This document shows, piece after piece, positions 36,151 through 37,025 of a stretch of 37,025 bases of DNA. Made by a program: the position numbers and the translations under genes. Below the pieces are notes generated by a model. That model ran no database searches. It had not been told where the DNA came from and was given only the letters and a program-made list of their open reading frames with translations. How positions within the stretch are numbered: the stretch's first letter is position 1; each line of letters opens with the position of its first letter. Source of the DNA: Geosiphon pyriformis uo1 (taxonomy: Eukaryota > Fungi > Glomeromycota); the NCBI GenBank assembly GCA_016748015.1, contig JAAOMT010000013.1, positions 1 to 37,025 on the forward strand, read 5' to 3'.

Positions 36151-37025
36151 AATCACAATATAATTAAATTTAATATAGATGTGAATCATGCATTTTCTAC
36201 ACATGACCAGCTACCCGGAATTTTTAAAGAACTATTATTTAATAAAAAAAAAACTTTTTGCTACAAATTTTTATTATTACTATTAAAATTTTTTTAAAAA
36301 AAGTATTATGTAAAAAACTAGTAAAAACACATTTTTATATATAATTATAAATGTAATTCGTCATTTTTTCCTGTGCGAGGAATTTTTTGGGCTGGATGAA
36401 ATCTGGCTTTATTTTTTAAACAGTTAAAAACGCTTTTTTCTTTTATCAGAAAAGAAAAATTTGAGAAACTGCCTTCATAAATAACTTTACTTTTCACTAT
36501 TTTGACTTTTCGACCTTTTTTTACAGCAAAATTAGCATGCATACAATATAAATCATTCACAAATAAACCAGCCTCATCTCCTCTGGCTCTCGGATTAGAT
36601 TTCCATTAAAATATTTTGGCTGTTCCCTTCTTCCTCAATTATTTGTTATTTAATTTATTAATAAAAGCAATTGCAACAATAAATATAAAAAATTTATCAA
36701 CCAAAAAATCTCAATATTGAAAAATTCAATTATTTTTAAATTATTGAAGTAATCAATTAATTAACATATAAATTTTAAATTTATTATTCAATAAACAGAT
36801 ATTTAATTTTATAACAAAAAATATTCTTAGTATTTAAAAATAATTATTATTTTAATAAAATAAAATATTTTCAAAATTAATATAATAAATACCCAATAAA
36901 ATTAAAATTAATTAAAAACAAGATCTATACTTGGTATCAAGTAAAAAAAAAATGTTTTTTTTAGAATTCTAACAATTAATGTTCAATAGTTTTAAAAATT
37001 AATTAAAAAAAACAATTGTTAATTT

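Overview
Eukaryotic, very AT-rich, strongly CpG-depleted window made almost entirely of decayed, nested retrotransposons, with several N gaps. No intact host gene, RNA gene or CRISPR array is supported. The protein style suggests a Glomeromycotina/Mucoromycota fungus (Geosiphon-like); this is an inference from recall, not a database result. Contents in order: (1) a minus-strand Ty3/Gypsy element at 1-7381, lacking its 5' part, with a solo LTR inserted in it (1053-2756) that itself holds an inverted solo LTR (1766-2522); (2) a near-complete minus-strand Gypsy element at 7382-17381 whose two LTRs have different U3 regions; (3) a third-family LTR at 17382-18378; (4) a 5' LINE fragment on the minus strand (18379-20700) interrupted by a solo LTR with a perfect ATGC target-site duplication (TSD); (5) a full-length decayed plus-strand LINE at about 21680-28346 (ORF1, TAATG junction, ORF2 = EN-RT-RNase H-CCHC, poly(A)); (6) an eroded solo LTR at 28401-29340 and about 7 kb of extremely AT-rich relic DNA. 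The most notable signal is the architecture shared by both diverged Gypsy elements: gag-PR-[Cys-rich CxxC domain]-dUTPase-[dUTPase-like spacer]-RT-RH-IN-[extra 3' ORF]-PPT. It comes with 4-bp RYRY-type TSDs, alternative U3 modules (HSE-like versus palindromic arrays), and pervasive C>T/G>A erosion. Domain boundaries were read by eye from degenerate sequence and are approximate.
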